This document shows, one piece after another, positions 28,555-43,969 of a stretch of DNA of 64,000 nt (positions within the stretch are counted from its first letter, which is position 1; each line of letters opens with the position of its first letter). The notes below the pieces were generated by a model. The model saw nothing but the letters and a program-made list of their open reading frames with translations. It was not told the DNA's origin and did no database searches. The position numbers were made by a program, and so were the translations under genes. This stretch comes from Adineta vaga (taxonomy: Eukaryota > Animalia > Rotifera): the NCBI GenBank assembly GCA_021613535.1, contig CP075497.1:5704001-5768000 (forward strand), given 5' to 3'.

Positions 28555-31500
28555 ATGTTTGATTTTTCTTCGTATTGGATCTTCTTTTTAACAGTCTACT
28601 TACTTTATGGTATAACATTTGTATTTACAAATTCATTATCAATAAGTCGATCAGCACGTCGAGCAGGTAGTGTTACATTAGGTGGATTATTTCCTGTTCA
28701 TGAATATGGCAGTCCACGAGAGCCTTGTGGAACAATTAGTGAGTTTCGTGGTATACAACGTTTAGAAGCAATGTTATTTGCTATTGAACAGATTAATAAT
28801 GATGAAAATTTATTGCCTGGAATTGAATTAGGTGCACTTATATTAGACACTTGTTCCGATGATAACTATGCTGTTGAACAATCTCTTGGATTTGTACTTA
28901 GCCGTTTAACCTCAAGTTCATGTAAATGTGTGAACACATCTATAACTGAATCTTTACATAATGAAAATGTTTTTGGTGTCGTTGGTGCAACATTAAGTTC
29001 TGTTAGTGTACATGTTGCTAATCTTTTGCGTTTATTTCAATTACCACAAATTTCATATGCATCAACTACACCAAAATTAAGTGAACCATCCTTTGAATTC
29101 TTTGCTCGTACTGTTCCGTCCGATTCAAATCAAGCACGAGCTGTTGTTGATATATTACAGCGATTGAATTTTACCTATGTTAATGTTATCTATTCTCATG
29201 GTGATTATGGTGAAGGTGGATTTCGAGAATTTCGACGTTTATTACGAGTTGCTGCAACGACAGAAGGAGATGATGTAAATGTCATGAGAAAAAAACAAGC
29301 ACGAATATGTATTGCCGATGAACAACGTTTACATCGTGATGCATCTGTATTAGATATTCGAGAAATTCTACAGACAATGTTAGATCGAATTAAATCAGAT
29401 GTACAAGTACGTGCTTATGTTTTATTTGTTACGAAAGAAGATGCAAGAAAATTATTACAAGCAATTAAATCATTTGATATAACACAGCGACCTGTCTTGA
29501 TTGCAAGTGATGCATGGGTAAACAAAAACGAAAAGCTTTTATCATTTAATTTGTTGATATTATGTATATATTTTTTAGGGAAAAGAATCGTCTGTTGTTA
29601 TCAGCGGCGATACTGATGAAACAGCAGTTGGTGCTTTAACATTAGAACTTATTTCTATTCAACCAGCAAATTTCGATCAATATTTTAATGCATTAAAACC
29701 TGATTTATCTCATGAAAATACTCATCGAGATATTAATCATCGAAATTTAAAAACAATTTCATCACGTAATCCATGGTTTACTGAATTTTGGGAACAACGT
29801 TTCGGTTGCAATCTAACAACATCAGCAATATGTTATGAGAATCATTTGAATGAAACTAATTGGGATAGTAAATTACAATTTATTGTTGATGCTACTTACG
29901 TTTTTGCTTATGCTTTACATGAATATCTTCATTGTTCGTCAATATCATGTCCAAATGTATCTTTGATAGATATCGATGGCAAGACTTTATTTCAAATCAT
30001 ATTAGAAAAAACATTTCTAAGTAAGTTGTCTATTGAAAGAGACATTTGTCGAATAGATTTTAGCCTATAATCAGTGACAAATGCATTCTAGTAGAAAGAA
30101 TTCATCGTTCTCTATTTCCTTTTTCTTCCTCTGGTTTGCATTTATATGCGTAATTTTGTTATTACAAATCTTTATTGAGATTTGAAATCTCAAAAGAATA
30201 ATTAATATATCTTGTTTCTATTCTTTAGTGCCGGATTCGAGACGAATTCAATTTAATAGTGAACGTTTTGTCCCCGGTCATTATCGAATTTATAATTATC
30301 GGCGATCGTCAAAATCACCATCGTTTACCGATACATTCACATCTCCTTATGAATACGCTTCCGTCGGTGAATGGAAAATTGATCGTAATCAAAATGGGCA
30401 ACTTAATCTTGATATTGATTCAATTGTTTGGCCAGGTGCCAATTTGGATGATTCTTCATCGAAACTAATTCCTATTTCTCGATGTTCAGAACCCTGTCGT
30501 GTAGGAGAACTTCGACAATTTCAAGGTGATGCATGCTGTTGGGTATGTACACCATGTAATGAAACATCGATTCTAACTGGTTTAGAAGGACAAGAACGTT
30601 GTGAACCCTGTCCGCGAGGTTATTGGCCAACGGACAATCGTACATCATGTTATGAATTGAAAGAAACAACGATCGGATTATTTTCTGCTGTAGGACTTGT
30701 ACCAGTTAGTTTATCGATTATTGGAAATATTCTTACATTATATGTTGTTATTTTATTCTATCAAAAACGACAAACACCAGTAGTTAAAGCAAGTGGAACA
30801 GAACTTTGTTTCATTATGCTTGGTGGTATTCATTTATGTTATTTAATGACATTTCCAATCATTCTACGTGTTCATTTACTTACATGTATTATTCAACGTT
30901 TGGGAATTGGCCTAGGTTTTTCTATGATGTATGCAGCATTATTAACAAAAACAAATCGTATTGCAAGAATTTTTGAAAGTACTAAAAAACAAGGTAAATT
31001 ACGTCCACAATATATTTCTCCACGTTCTCAAGTGGCCATTTGTTCATGTTTAATTATGGTACAATTACTTCTGTCTTTATTATGGTTAGCTTTTGAGCGA
31101 CCATCAATAGTTATCGTAACACAAGAACGTTTAGTTATACGTAAATGTGATACAAATAGACATTCATTTCTTTTTTCATTAATTTATAATGTTTTACTCG
31201 TACTTATATGTACAATGTATGCAGTACGAACACGAAAAGTACCGGAAAATTTTAATGAAACGAAATTTATTGGTTTTACTTGTTATACAACTTGTATACT
31301 TTGGTAAGTAATGAAAAACATTACTTAAACAGAATTACTTTTCAACGAAATCTTCTATAGGTTGGCATTTCTTCCAATTTATTTTACAGCCTACGAAACA
31401 GGTCGCCATCAGGTAATTGAATAATATATCAAATCATTGGAAAATATTAATCTTCTTTAGGTACATATTGTTACATTATGTATTACTATTTCATTATGTG

Positions 31501-31814
31501 CAACAGTTGCATTAGTTTGTCTTTTTTCTCCAAAAGTTTACATTATATTGATACATCCGGAAAAAAATATGCGTCTTGCAAAACAATTAAAAGCACAAGC
31601 TCAAAGTATGAAATTTGCTTCACAAATAGCAACACATACAGAATTTCTTTCCAATCATAATTCAATGAAAGCTGATCTAATAAATAATGATGTGGAATCG
31701 AAATTTATTATCAACAACAATAATACAGAAGAGAATAAAACGTTATCAGTACCAAATCGAATAGGCACATTTGAAAATCCTGCAGAACATTCTGAGAATA
31801 TTAGTCAAATGATA

Positions 31815-31850
<36 letters not shown>

Positions 31851-32012
31851 CTTATACGAAACTTACCGATAATTATAACAACAAGTCATTCTGAAGATGG
31901 TTTAAATCACGAAAAACAAAAATTAACAACGATTCAATATGATGATGATGATGACGATGATGATGATAGTCTGAATTCCAATTCCGATCAAGAAGAACCC
32001 ATCATGGTATAA
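28555..32012 (+). CDS. Metabotropic glutamate receptor (class C GPCR)
   Basis: Signal peptide; Venus flytrap domain with glutamate-contact motifs (GIQRLEAM, SSVS, SYAST, VPSD, DYGE, ASDAW, DSK); cysteine-rich domain CSEPC...CCWVC; 7TM with TKTNRIARIF and PENFNETKFIGFT. Confidence 0.95.
31815..31850 (+). repeat. (AAT)n microsatellite encoding poly-Asn in the mGluR tail
   Basis: About 12 AAT units in frame. Confidence 0.8.
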
Positions 32013-32815
32013 CAAAAAAGAACATTCTTTCCGTTTCTTTTGTATTTGTTATTTATTGCTTCGTTTTCTTTGCTCGCAAAAGTAGATGATCGAATAACTA
32101 ATTCGAAGTCACTTTTGAAATCACAGATACTCAATTAAATAAAGAATATTTCTGAACAAAACTATAATCACTACATAAGATTATTGAACAAGAAAAATCA
32201 TGTAGATATTTTATTTAATGCTTCACGGAATAATCATAGAAAGAGAGAAAACGTCTCACTTGAATGCATATCACAAAATAGAAGTATTTCATTCAATTCA
32301 TTGATTTACAAAGATAAATGAGTTCATATTGAATCAATTATATGAATTGACAAAGAAGATAGAACAATAAATATCTCAAAACTATACTATCTATTATTTT
32401 TAGGAATGAAAAGAAAAGTGTTGGTATAAAATAGAGTTTCAATCTCAAATGAAAACTAATAAGAATATCTCTTTGTCGCTAGTATCAACGTAAATGAGCA
32501 TCAGATAAAATGATTTCCTTATAAAAATATTCTGTTTTTTGAAAAAAAACTGAATCGTTTCTATAACTATTTTTCTCTTATCGGAATAAAAGATTCGATT
32601 CGAAAACTGACTGGTGTATATCAACCAATAGTAATCGAGTCGAATAACACGACTCATATTTTCATTCTATTTATTTATTTTGAGGGTATTATATTATGGA
32701 CTACCTGCCCGACTGAAGGGCTAATCGACACTTTTCATATTGAAGAGAAAGTTTCTTTTTCTAGATATGCCTATTTTTGGTACATGTCAATTACCATATT
32801 TTGAATTAAATAATC

Positions 32816-35800
32816 ATGTCTCAATTGATTCGATCGTTTTATACAAATGTTGGACAAATATCTATGACAGACAATGTATCGAATTTGATCCAATATCTGA
32901 GTAGTGATGGATTGACTTTATTAAAACAATTTTATACAACAGAAATTCATGTTTGTATATTTAAATACAGATTTATAATAAGAAAATGTTCATTTCAATT
33001 ATAGACAACATCCAATCGTATTCAATCTCGTGATTGTGGTCTTCTTCTTGTTAAATTAATTCCATTTTGCTATTCATACGTATCAAATGATGATGCTGAA
33101 ATAGGTTGATTTATTTTGATTATATATTTTAGAAAAATAATTTAATGCATTGGTTTCTTTTAGCTTTATCCAATATTTCACTGATAGATTCTAATTTTAA
33201 TCCAGAACAAAATGATAAATCTACAAATGAAACATGTAATATATCTGAAACATTAGATTATATCTTTAATGTCATCGTTCGTCTCTTCTATTTTCCTTCC
33301 AATTCTGAAACTTCCTCATCAGAGATAACCAATGAACATATCGAAATTGCACAAGCACTTGTTAATCTAACACTTCCTCCATTAACAACTGAATATAAAA
33401 TTCTTTGGATTTATCAAAAAAAACTTCGTTCATTGTATCTAATCTTTCGACAAATACTCTTATATAATCCAGCTAAATTCAGTACTTGTTTTTCAACAAA
33501 TCCAATTGGATCACTCATTACTCTTATTCATGATACTTTATCATCAACAACATTTGTATCTTCAAAATTTTTCATTCAATTAGGATTTGATGTTCTTCTA
33601 AGTTTTGCTTTACTAATTGAAAATACTCTTTGTAAAACTGAACAAATCCATTCCAATCAACGACAAACAACAGATGATTTATTAAAATTATTTAATCAAT
33701 TTTTAATTAGTGATTATTTTTCATTATTTATTCTTTTAAATACAAACAAAGAAAATGAGACATATGCAAAACAATTACTTGAACATTGTTCACAAATTTT
33801 AAAGTTTTTAAAAATTTATCGTTCAACTGATTTACATCGAAAACGAAATCAACGTTTTAATAAAACTTATTGGGAAAATAATCATGAACAAGCTTATAAT
33901 TCACATCATCATCGGAATACATTTGAAATTTCAATACCTAATCGAACAAATCTTAATGGTACAATTGAAATTAGAAATAATATAGATGATAATAATCAAA
34001 TAAAACGTAGCTGTGTTGTTAGTGCTATCTATGATAAATTATTAAGATTAGCTATAAAACAATTAGAATCAAATCAACCATCATTCTCTTTTATTCATGT
34101 AAGTAAAAATGAGATTGTATATCAATCAATCAATGGAGATTTTCTTTCATTTAGGATTGTTTATTCTATTTATCATTATACGGTTCATGTTCATGTTATT
34201 CTCTTTCACATTATCGTACACTGATATCTAGAATTAATCATCTTAAAACGAATGAAAAAACACTTCATTCTCTTGAACAACAATCCATTCATTTACTTCG
34301 TTGTGCTTTTCTTCTTATATCAAATTGTTCACAACGTAATCATTCTTATCATCATCATGATGTTCAACTTGTTGATCATACTCTATTTTGGTGTTATTTA
34401 TCCAGTCATTTATTTCAACGTACATCTCATTTTTCATTAAAATTAGCTCAAGCATTTCCCGATCTTATACAATGTTGTTCAAAAGATGATAAACAATTAG
34501 CTTTGAAATCTTGTTTTATTCCATCATTAGAATTTTATCGAACAAATCCATCGACACAAGATACAACAAATACTGAAATGATCGAATATCTTATTCAAAT
34601 ACTTCCAAATCTTTTATTTGATATTAATATTGATAAATCACTTCTATTCTTATCAGATACTTTGATAACTTTATCATCATTATTACCATCTGTACTTATT
34701 CATACATTACCAGTTCTCGGTTGTTTAGTAACATCAACAATAGACTGTTCAAATTTAGCGATATCAGAATCATTTCTTCAATTAATTATTAAATTAACAA
34801 ATGCATGGTCTTTGTCCCATGATGGAATAAACAATCTTTGTTATATATTAATAATACTTTTACAAAAATGTTCAACATTTCGACAAGCATTCTATGCACA
34901 TTTATGTCATATACGTCTTTATGAACGATTTCAAACGATGCTAAATAATAAAACACCAATTCAATCATCAATCATTGCCTGTACACTAGTTGCAGTGTCA
35001 TATTATACAAAAACAAATGACAATAATTTTGATTATAAATTAGTTCTTGATCAAATTCGTTTGTATAGTGAAAATAATCGTTATAATTCATCATGGTTTG
35101 AATTACTTGTACGTTTATCTTTATCTCAACAATATCAAGATGAACGACGACGTTGGAAAAGTTCAACAATTCATAAAAAACGAACAAATAATGAAATTGA
35201 TGATGATGATGATGAAAGTTCGGCGAGTTCATCATCCTCAAGTACAAATCTTAATGATGAAGAAATCTATTATGCTGATATTGAATCACTTAGTGATTGT
35301 ATACCAATTGAAACAGTGACAAAACAGAATCAAACAAGTTATTCAAATTTAATTCTTTTTCCTGAATTAGTTATTTTAGGATTGGAAATTGCGTGGCAAA
35401 ATGTGGATAATGAATGGAGTGATCAACAGATAACGAACAAAACATCAATCAATGTAAGTAATGAAAAAGATCATAATCATTAATTTTCTTTTCTTTTCGT
35501 TTTTTTTCAAAGGTAACAACTCTTGTTGCTTATCTTGAATTATTATCATCATTAATTCGTATGAATACTTACAATTGTATTGTATTAAAACGATTGAATA
35601 TTGATGGTTATCTTTTTACTTGTCTAACAAAAACAGTTCCACGTTCATCATTTCTTCAAAAAGATACATTAAATTCTTTAATAATTACTCTTCTACAATT
35701 TCTATGGTCACAATCTATTACTGTCAATCAACTAGATCAATGTTTTAAATTAATTTTAACTCATCCATCACTTGTTGGTCCATTACTTCGTTTATTCAAG

Positions 35801-38800
35801 CATCTTGTTCATCAAATTGATTCCAATCAACCACGTTCATTTTGTTCTATGCCATTATCATCCATTGTCAAATCAAAAGGTGGAAATAATCTACGTTTAA
35901 CATTAGAACAATTATTCTCATTAAAATATCCACACATTGAAAGTACTTCCGAGACCACTGCACCGATGAATTATAATCATGTTCGAAAAATTGCATTTGT
36001 AACTGAAACATTGAAATCACTTCAATTTCATTTTCCATTAAGTGTAGCATTTTGGTTACGTGTTAATTATCCATTTGATAAATATGAAACCAATGAAGAA
36101 AATCAAGAAGATAATGACGAATTAAATAAAAAAGAAAACCGACCAATGCTACATATTCTTACATTACATCATGAAGGTATTCAATTACAATTTTGGATTG
36201 ATTCAAAATCCAATATCTTGTTAAAAATCATCCAATTTTCAACCAATTCATCTGAACAACAATTAACTGATATAAATATTCGTTTACATAATCTTCCACG
36301 TGAATCTTGGTCTCATATATTTCTTACTATCTCGAAAACAACAAATACTATTCGTGTATGTCTGAATGGTCAAACATCTTCTGCAAAGATTCATTCCATA
36401 CCTCCATTATATTCGTCAATTGTCGTAAAACCTTGGTCAATATCACTTGGTCAACAATCTTCAGATATTTGCACATCATTTTATTATGATCTTGGAAGTA
36501 TTTTACTTTTTGATAAAGTAGATTTATCCAATGGAATCAATAATGATTATATTCCAACATATTTATTTAGCCTTGGTTCAGATCATTGGCATTTTCTAAC
36601 AGGTAGTCAACAACAACAATCTTTAGTAAACTATTGGATCTATCAAAGATTTACGCGTGTTCATTCGTTAATGTCAATTGATCAATTTGAAATTGAACAA
36701 AATTCTTGGCATTCAATATTAAAACGTTCACTTCTTGCATCCTATTCATCAAATAATCCTTGGACATTATTTTTATTTAATTCAAATCTTGATACAAATG
36801 AAGATTCAACACCAAGTCGTTTTAATAAACTTCTTCCATTTACATCATCAACATCAACTAATAAAACATCATCAATGACAACCAATGATGAACATCTTTT
36901 AACAATACCAACAACTATATCATTACCATCGAAGATTTCTCTTGAACAATCAAGTAATATTTTGAATATTTGTGAACAATTAGGTGGAATATTAAATTTT
37001 ATTTATCTATTTGGTAAAATTATTGAAATCAATGCATATCAATCATCAATATCCATTTGTCATATAACAGATATTATTTTTACATCCATATGGAAAATCA
37101 AATCTTATTATGATTTATTCAATTCACTTGATGGATATCGTTTAATTGTTAAAATCTTAACAACAAATGAATGTACACGTCATATAACAAATGATTTCTA
37201 TGATATGTTAATTGAGAAATGTTTAAGTCATAATCAACATCGTCTTTATGATATAAATTTATTTCGATTTATTTTACTTGATTGGAAAATTTGGTACAAT
37301 CATACGGAAATCTTTTATCAACTATTGAAAATTTTCAATAATTTATTATCGGAACAAATTAATTCGAAATATTTTTATGTTAATCGACAATTATTTAAAA
37401 CATATTTTACATTAGAACATTTATTAACTTTATGTCAAGAAATAATTGATGAACAACAACAAATTATTATTGATGAAAATATTTCTGAACTTTTAGTTAA
37501 TATTATTGAAGCTTTAATTGAAAATGATATTAATATAATTGCATTAGGAATGAATTTTCTTCTTCTAATTCATCCATTAATTCGAACATATGTTACATAT
37601 AATAAAGAACATTTCTATTTTATTACCAAACCATTAAATTATTATCATAAACATGAACATTTTATTGAAAAAAGTCATCCAAAAGAGAATTTAAAAGTAT
37701 CTAATCGAAAACGTTCAACGACAATGTACGTTAATGATGAATTCGATCAATCATTAACTGACGATAATTCCAATATTCGTCGATCTCATTCTTTTTCCGA
37801 TATATTATCTTCATCAATATCAATTGCAAATGAAAATGAATCATTTGGTAATCGACGTCTACAACATAAAATTAGTACAGGTACAACAACAACAACAACA
37901 ATTTCACCTTCAAAAACGTTCAATGTCGAAACAAATATTTCCAAATTAAAAGATCGTTCTCATAATATTGATCAACTTTCAACTGGTATTTTACGATTAT
38001 TAACAAACGTAGCTTTAACAACATCTGATCGTTTGATGATTAAACTAATTGATCATGTTTTTCGATTGAATATTATAATTGTTTTATTACTCGATGGATC
38101 AATGACAAAACGTGTTCAATGTTTGAAATTATTGGATATAATTTTAAAACGTATGGATAACGATAAAGTACAAAATGAAGTTTTACAAGCTGATTTACAT
38201 ACAATGTTAGCGAATCAAATCTATCATCAATTAGATGGACGTACAGATGAAAAAGATTTAGTTGAAATTTGTACTTCAATTGCATTGCAACGTCCAACTC
38301 ATTTCGATGTTAACTTAAGGTTCGAAAAGATTTTCTTGAGAGAAGAGTACAGTTGAGTATTGATAGTAACATATTTCGATTTTTTAGTTTATCCGAACAA
38401 ATTCTTGATACGGAACAATATTTTTCAATTGTGTCATCATCTCCACCATGTCCTCGATCACGCGTTGGTTTTGCATTGACCCTTTCATTGATTGAAAAAT
38501 TAAGTATAACTAATGTTCCTCTATGTGAATTGCTTCTCACATTACTCGATGAAATAATCTTACGATCTACGGATGAAAATCGACATTTCCTTGTTGATAT
38601 TGGTATCGTTCAAGTTCTATTCAATACACTTTCATCAGCAATATCAAATTCTCAAGAGAAGATTCTCTCTTCAGTACAAAAATGTCTGAATTCTTTGATT
38701 ATAACAATCTTTACAACAAGTATTAAAGAAGATATTTCATTTATATCGATTATCGACAACATTATTGGAATGATGATGATGGATTCTAGTATTGAAGAAG

Positions 38801-41800
38801 AAAGTGAGTACTAAAAACATGTCCGTGGAGAGATTCGAACTCTCGCCTCATTTCTGAGACACGCATATTCAATTGTTCAATGTTTCTCCTGAAGCGTGCT
38901 TCTTAGACCACTCGAACACACGGACTTTTGATTAATGAAAATCTCTTTTTATTTAGATTCTTCAAAATTAAATCGACGAATCTTTCATCAAACAATATCA
39001 AATATGTTCAATTCAATTATTGATTCGATTGAAAAACCATCATCAATTAAAATTTCTTCATATTCATCAACATTGAGACGAATTACTTCTGACGAAACAA
39101 ACTTAAATGCAACGCTAGTTGAACATTCAGATCGATTTCGTAAATTTCTACAATTAGCACTTGATTATATTTATTCATTTCATAATGAATGTGTATTCTT
39201 AGAAACATTAACATTACATTTATTAGATATCTGTTTAATTGGTATTGCCTATTTAATTGAAAAACGTTCGAGTCATATAAATACTCGCCATCAAATGTCT
39301 TTAATTATGTTTCGTTGTGGTGATATTATTAAACAGATTGGACAAAAATTACTAACAATTACACTTGATCCTGATAAGCAACGTTTCTTTTTTCGTATAC
39401 AAGTATTAAAACATATTACTGACCAACCAAATGCGAAAGGTATTATGGAATATTTATTAATGAATGATACACAATGTTATATTTATCATCAAATATTAAT
39501 TTATATACAAACACTAGCAGAAACATCACCAAATTTATCGGAATATGAACAAATTAATAATCATAGTTCGTGAATCGTCGAAGAAATCCGTTGATTCTGG
39601 TCGTTCAACAATTTTAAATACGACACAGACATTTTCCAATGGAGAAGATTCATCGCATACAGTTAATATTTCAACAAAACCATCTATAGCAAAACAACAA
39701 ATCAAATCTATTATAAAAGATCAAACGAAAAGCAAACCTACGAAGAAAATTTCCTCTCCAAGTGACGGCGAAGAAGAAGAAGAAGTGGAAGAAGATTTCA
39801 AGGCAGTTTCTAGTTCTTCAACAACTAATGATGAACAAGATTCATCTGTTCGACAAATTTTTGATCAATCATCATCATCTTCACTTTCACTATCCTCTGC
39901 TAGTAGTGAAATGATAATAACACAACAAGCATCAATGAGTAATTATCAAAATATTATTAATGCATTTCGAGATCTTATGCGTACAATTAATCTACCATCA
40001 TTATCAATCAATGATAGTAGTGCAGGACAACGACGCGCACTTGTTGATCATTTACTTAAATCATCACCTATTACACGTAAGAATCGTCTGTTAGGTATAT
40101 TTATTGATACAAAGATCGGTTTCTTTCTCTTTTAGCTGCTCAACTTCTTCGTAGTAATTCACGTGGAACAGTACCACGTCATTCATTCGAATGGCCTTTA
40201 TCTGCATCATCATCATCATCATCATCACAAGACATATCATCATCAAATAATGTTCAAACTCCTCTCTCTCCCGATCGTTTACGTCGTCGTTCCAATCAAC
40301 CCACTCCATCTCCATCACCTGTCTGTATAAGTTGGTCCACAATTGTTATTGAAAAACGTCTTGAATACACAAATACACTCAATCAAACTATTGAAACCAT
40401 ACAAAAACGTTTAATAACTGTTCAAAAAAGTACACTACAAACATTTACTAGTGTAACTATATCAACTATTACTACACGTGCTATGGAAATAACACAAGAT
40501 GTCATCAATTTACAAGGTCATGAACGAAAAAAATTCCTTGAACATCTTCGTATAACTCAAAGTCTTGATCTACGTACGAAACATCTATGGCATCAATTAA
40601 TTTCTCAACTGACACATGAATATGGTGTTTGGTTTGAATCATTATCATATCCAAAATTTTGGGAAATTGATCCAACCGAAAGTCCTCAACGTGAACGTCG
40701 TCGTTTACAACGTTCGTATTGTTTAATGCAAAAGCGTTTTTTTCAACCTCAAGTTCCAGATGAAGTACTTATCAATCCGCCATTATCATATCTATTTGAT
40801 TCTCGTCATTATCAATCGATCAATATGCAAACAGTATTGTATCGTAATGAAAAAATTGAATATCAATGTCGTTGTATGAATGTAACACCAAATAATGAAA
40901 TCAAAGGTGAATTACTTGTTAGTACCACACGAATATATTTTGTTGCAGATGAACAATTATCAGCCTTAACGAAAACTAAAAGTGGAAATTCAGTTATGAC
41001 AACTATTGGTTATAATCACCATTCATTCAATGATGATTCAAATTCGTTTTCATTTGCTATCGATGATATATGTGAAATGTATAAACGACGTTATATGTTG
41101 AAAGATATTGCATTAGAATTATTCTTTATTAATGGTATTACATTGATGATTGCCCATGTAGCACTCAATGATCGAGATAATCTATATAATCTATTAAGAA
41201 AACGTAATTTAGCTCATGCAAAATATGCCGATACAGTAACAGATATGCAAATATTATGGAAACAAGGTCATATGACAAATTTTGATTATTTGATGCAATT
41301 GAATAAATTAGCTGGAAGAACATATTTAGGTGAATATCAATTAAGAATAAGTTTTATATTTTGAAAGAATAATATTTGTTTTTCATAGATTTAATGCAAT
41401 ATCCTGTCTATCCATATATTGTATCAAATTATGAAAGTTCGGTACTTGATTTACGTTCAACATCAAATTATCGTAATCTTTCAAAACCTATTGCTATACA
41501 AAGTGTTGAAAGAGAAGACAAATTTCATGAAGTATACAATGATCTTCATGAGGATCAACTTCGTATTTTATCACGTCAACGAAATGATGGTGACGAACAA
41601 CAATCCGTATCAAAATTAGGTCATTTGACAGATCCATATCATTATGCATCCTTGTATTCAAATTCAGGCGTTGTACTTCATTATCTTGTACGACTTTTGC
41701 CATACACACGAATGTTTCTCGATTATCAAGGTAAGAATTTTGATTGTGCTGATCGAACATTCCATGATGTTAAAACATCTTATTGGTTATCATCGTATGA

Positions 41801-43591
41801 ATCAACATCGGATTTTAAAGAAATAATACCAGAATTTTATTATTTACATGAATTTTTATTGAATAAGCAAGGTTTTAATTTTGGTAAAAAGCAAAATGTA
41901 AGAATGAATTCATCATTTCAATCTTTTCGAAACTTCCTTTCACTGAAATTTTAGGGTGACATTGTTTCTGATGTGACTGTTTCAACTTGGTCGAAACGTA
42001 ATGCACGATTATTTGTACATGGTCTTCGACAAGCACTTGAATCAGATTATGTTACCAGTCATTTACATCAATGGATTGATCTTATATTCGGATACAAACA
42101 AACAGGTAAATTTTTATTTTTAAACTTTCATGTATTTTGTTATTCTTTTAATTGAAATAGGAAAAGCAGCGTTAGATGCAATTAATGTTTATCATTCTGG
42201 TTGTTATTACGGTTTCCGAACTGAAGATCTTAAAGATCCTCTTACTCTAGATGCTTATCATGGAGTTGTTCGTACTTATGGTCAAGTTCCCAAGGTAAAT
42301 TTTGAATGAAAATTTTTTCTCCGTTTTATTCTAATTTTTCTTTAGCAATTATTTTCTCAATCACATCCACAATCAAGTACAAGTAGTTTTACTTCATCTT
42401 CAATATTGAATTCGAACGGACGATAAACGTAATGTTGAAAGAAGTGTATTCGAATCGAAATTACCAGTCGATAGTATTCATCGTCAAATAGTTGGTGTAC
42501 GATGGGGTGATTTTGTTGGTTCTTATGATATGCCATCACCCGATTATATTACAAAACATGAGTGTATAGTACAAGTATCATCATTTGTTGTTCTCAAATC
42601 AGGTTCATGTGTTATATGTTTACCTTCATCTTCATTACTCCTTCATAATGAACATATATTAAATGAATCCTTTAGTGAACAAACAAATGCATCGCAATCA
42701 AATTCATCAACTGTACCATTTGATACAATGGTGGCATTGAAATGGAATAAATCTGATTGTATTGTACGTTGTCGACAATTAAAACAAATCAAAAATTGGT
42801 ATAATTTTCTTGTACCAAATGATGATCAAGATAAAACAACATGTTGTACATCAATTGATTATCGATTTTTATTTATGGGTAAAACATCAGGTTTAATTGA
42901 AATTTATCGAATTCAACGAAGTAGAAATTCACTTGGTGGCATTGATTTAATTAAACGTTATTTACCATTTATTGCACATCGTTCACCAATTACTTGTCTA
43001 CATACGAATCGACAATTTAGTCTACTAATTAGTGCAAGTGCTGATGGAATGTTAACATTATGGGATACAAATCGGTATGTGTTTTTTTTTCTAAAATATT
43101 TTTGCTCATATTTCTTTTTCTTATATTCTAGTCTATCATATGTTCGAACATATAAACAAGATAATCAAACAATATATCATTTAACATCATCGGAAACAAC
43201 AGGTGATATTGCTTATTTATCATCAAGTGGTAGTCAATGGCATTTATCTTATTTAACATGTAATTGTGATTTAATTGGTTGTTTAACATTTTCAGAACAG
43301 TTAAATTGTTTATGTTTTACATCAGCACCTGAAGGTACATGTGTAAATGTTTTATTTGGTGGTTTTGAAAATGGTCTTATATCAATGTGGTCAACATGGG
43401 ATTTGACATTATTACGGCAACTTGAATTTCCCCAACTACGTTCACGTCCAATTGTTGCTATATGTGTTTCAAAAGTTGATAGACGTCGATTGTATGTTGC
43501 TGATCGTGAACGAAATTTACATACAATTGAAAGTCGTCTATCATCAACGACATCAACAACAGCACCACCTCAAATTCTATTTCTTTCTTAG
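32816..43591 (+). CDS. LYST: Lysosomal trafficking regulator (PH-BEACH-WD40); apparent frameshifts at ~39567 and ~42418
   Basis: WEIDPTESPQRERRRL, PH domain, BEACH motifs (TNFDYLMQLNKLAGRTY, HYASLYSNSGVVLHYLVR, DFKEIIPEFY, LHQWIDLIFGYKQ), LYST-typical GVRWGDFVGS and TSAPEGTCVNVLFGG, WD40 repeats. Confidence 0.92.
38813..38817 (-). terminator. Pol III terminator (T5) of the tRNA-Leu gene
   Basis: TTTTT begins 3 nt after the discriminator base on the minus strand. Confidence 0.6.
38820..38925 (-). tRNA. tRNA-Leu(CAG) with a 22-nt intron, nested antisense in a LYST intron
   Basis: Acceptor stem GTCCGTG/CACGGAC + discriminator A; D-loop GAGTGGTCTAAG; anticodon stem CACGC/GCGTG with loop TT-CAG-G-[intron 38866-38887]-T; long variable arm CTCA-GAAA-TGAG; T arm GAGAG-TTCGAAT-CTCTC. 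Confidence 0.88.
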
Positions 43592-43969
43592 AAATATGTC
43601 ATTGTCAACAGTGAGAAATGTATCTATGCATACATTAATTGACCAACTAGTCAAATTAATAATTTGTTTTTTGTTATTTGTATTCTTCATCCTTCTGTGC
43701 AATGCTCGTTATGAACAAAAATCAATTAATTGTTATACTTTGTGTTCTATTCTGTGTTTTTCTTTTCGAAATGTCTAACTTTATGTTAATTCTTCCAATT
43801 CGGTTCTTCTTCTATTGTGATGGTGTACAGAATGTTTCTTTTTTGACAGTATGGAATTATTTTCATATATATAAACCAAGAAGGATATAATCAGTTTCTT
43901 CGATAAAAAACAACTTTCATTTATTCGATTCTTTCTTTTCTGACAAGGAATTTTTCTGTCTCTTTTTAG

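Noticed and set aside
38860-38900. Reading the tRNA anticodon as TCA (Sec or opal suppressor)
   Set aside because: That register breaks the D-stem/position-26 spacing and needs a weaker stem. CACGC/GCGTG with CAG, discriminator A and a Leu-type D-loop fit tRNA-Leu.
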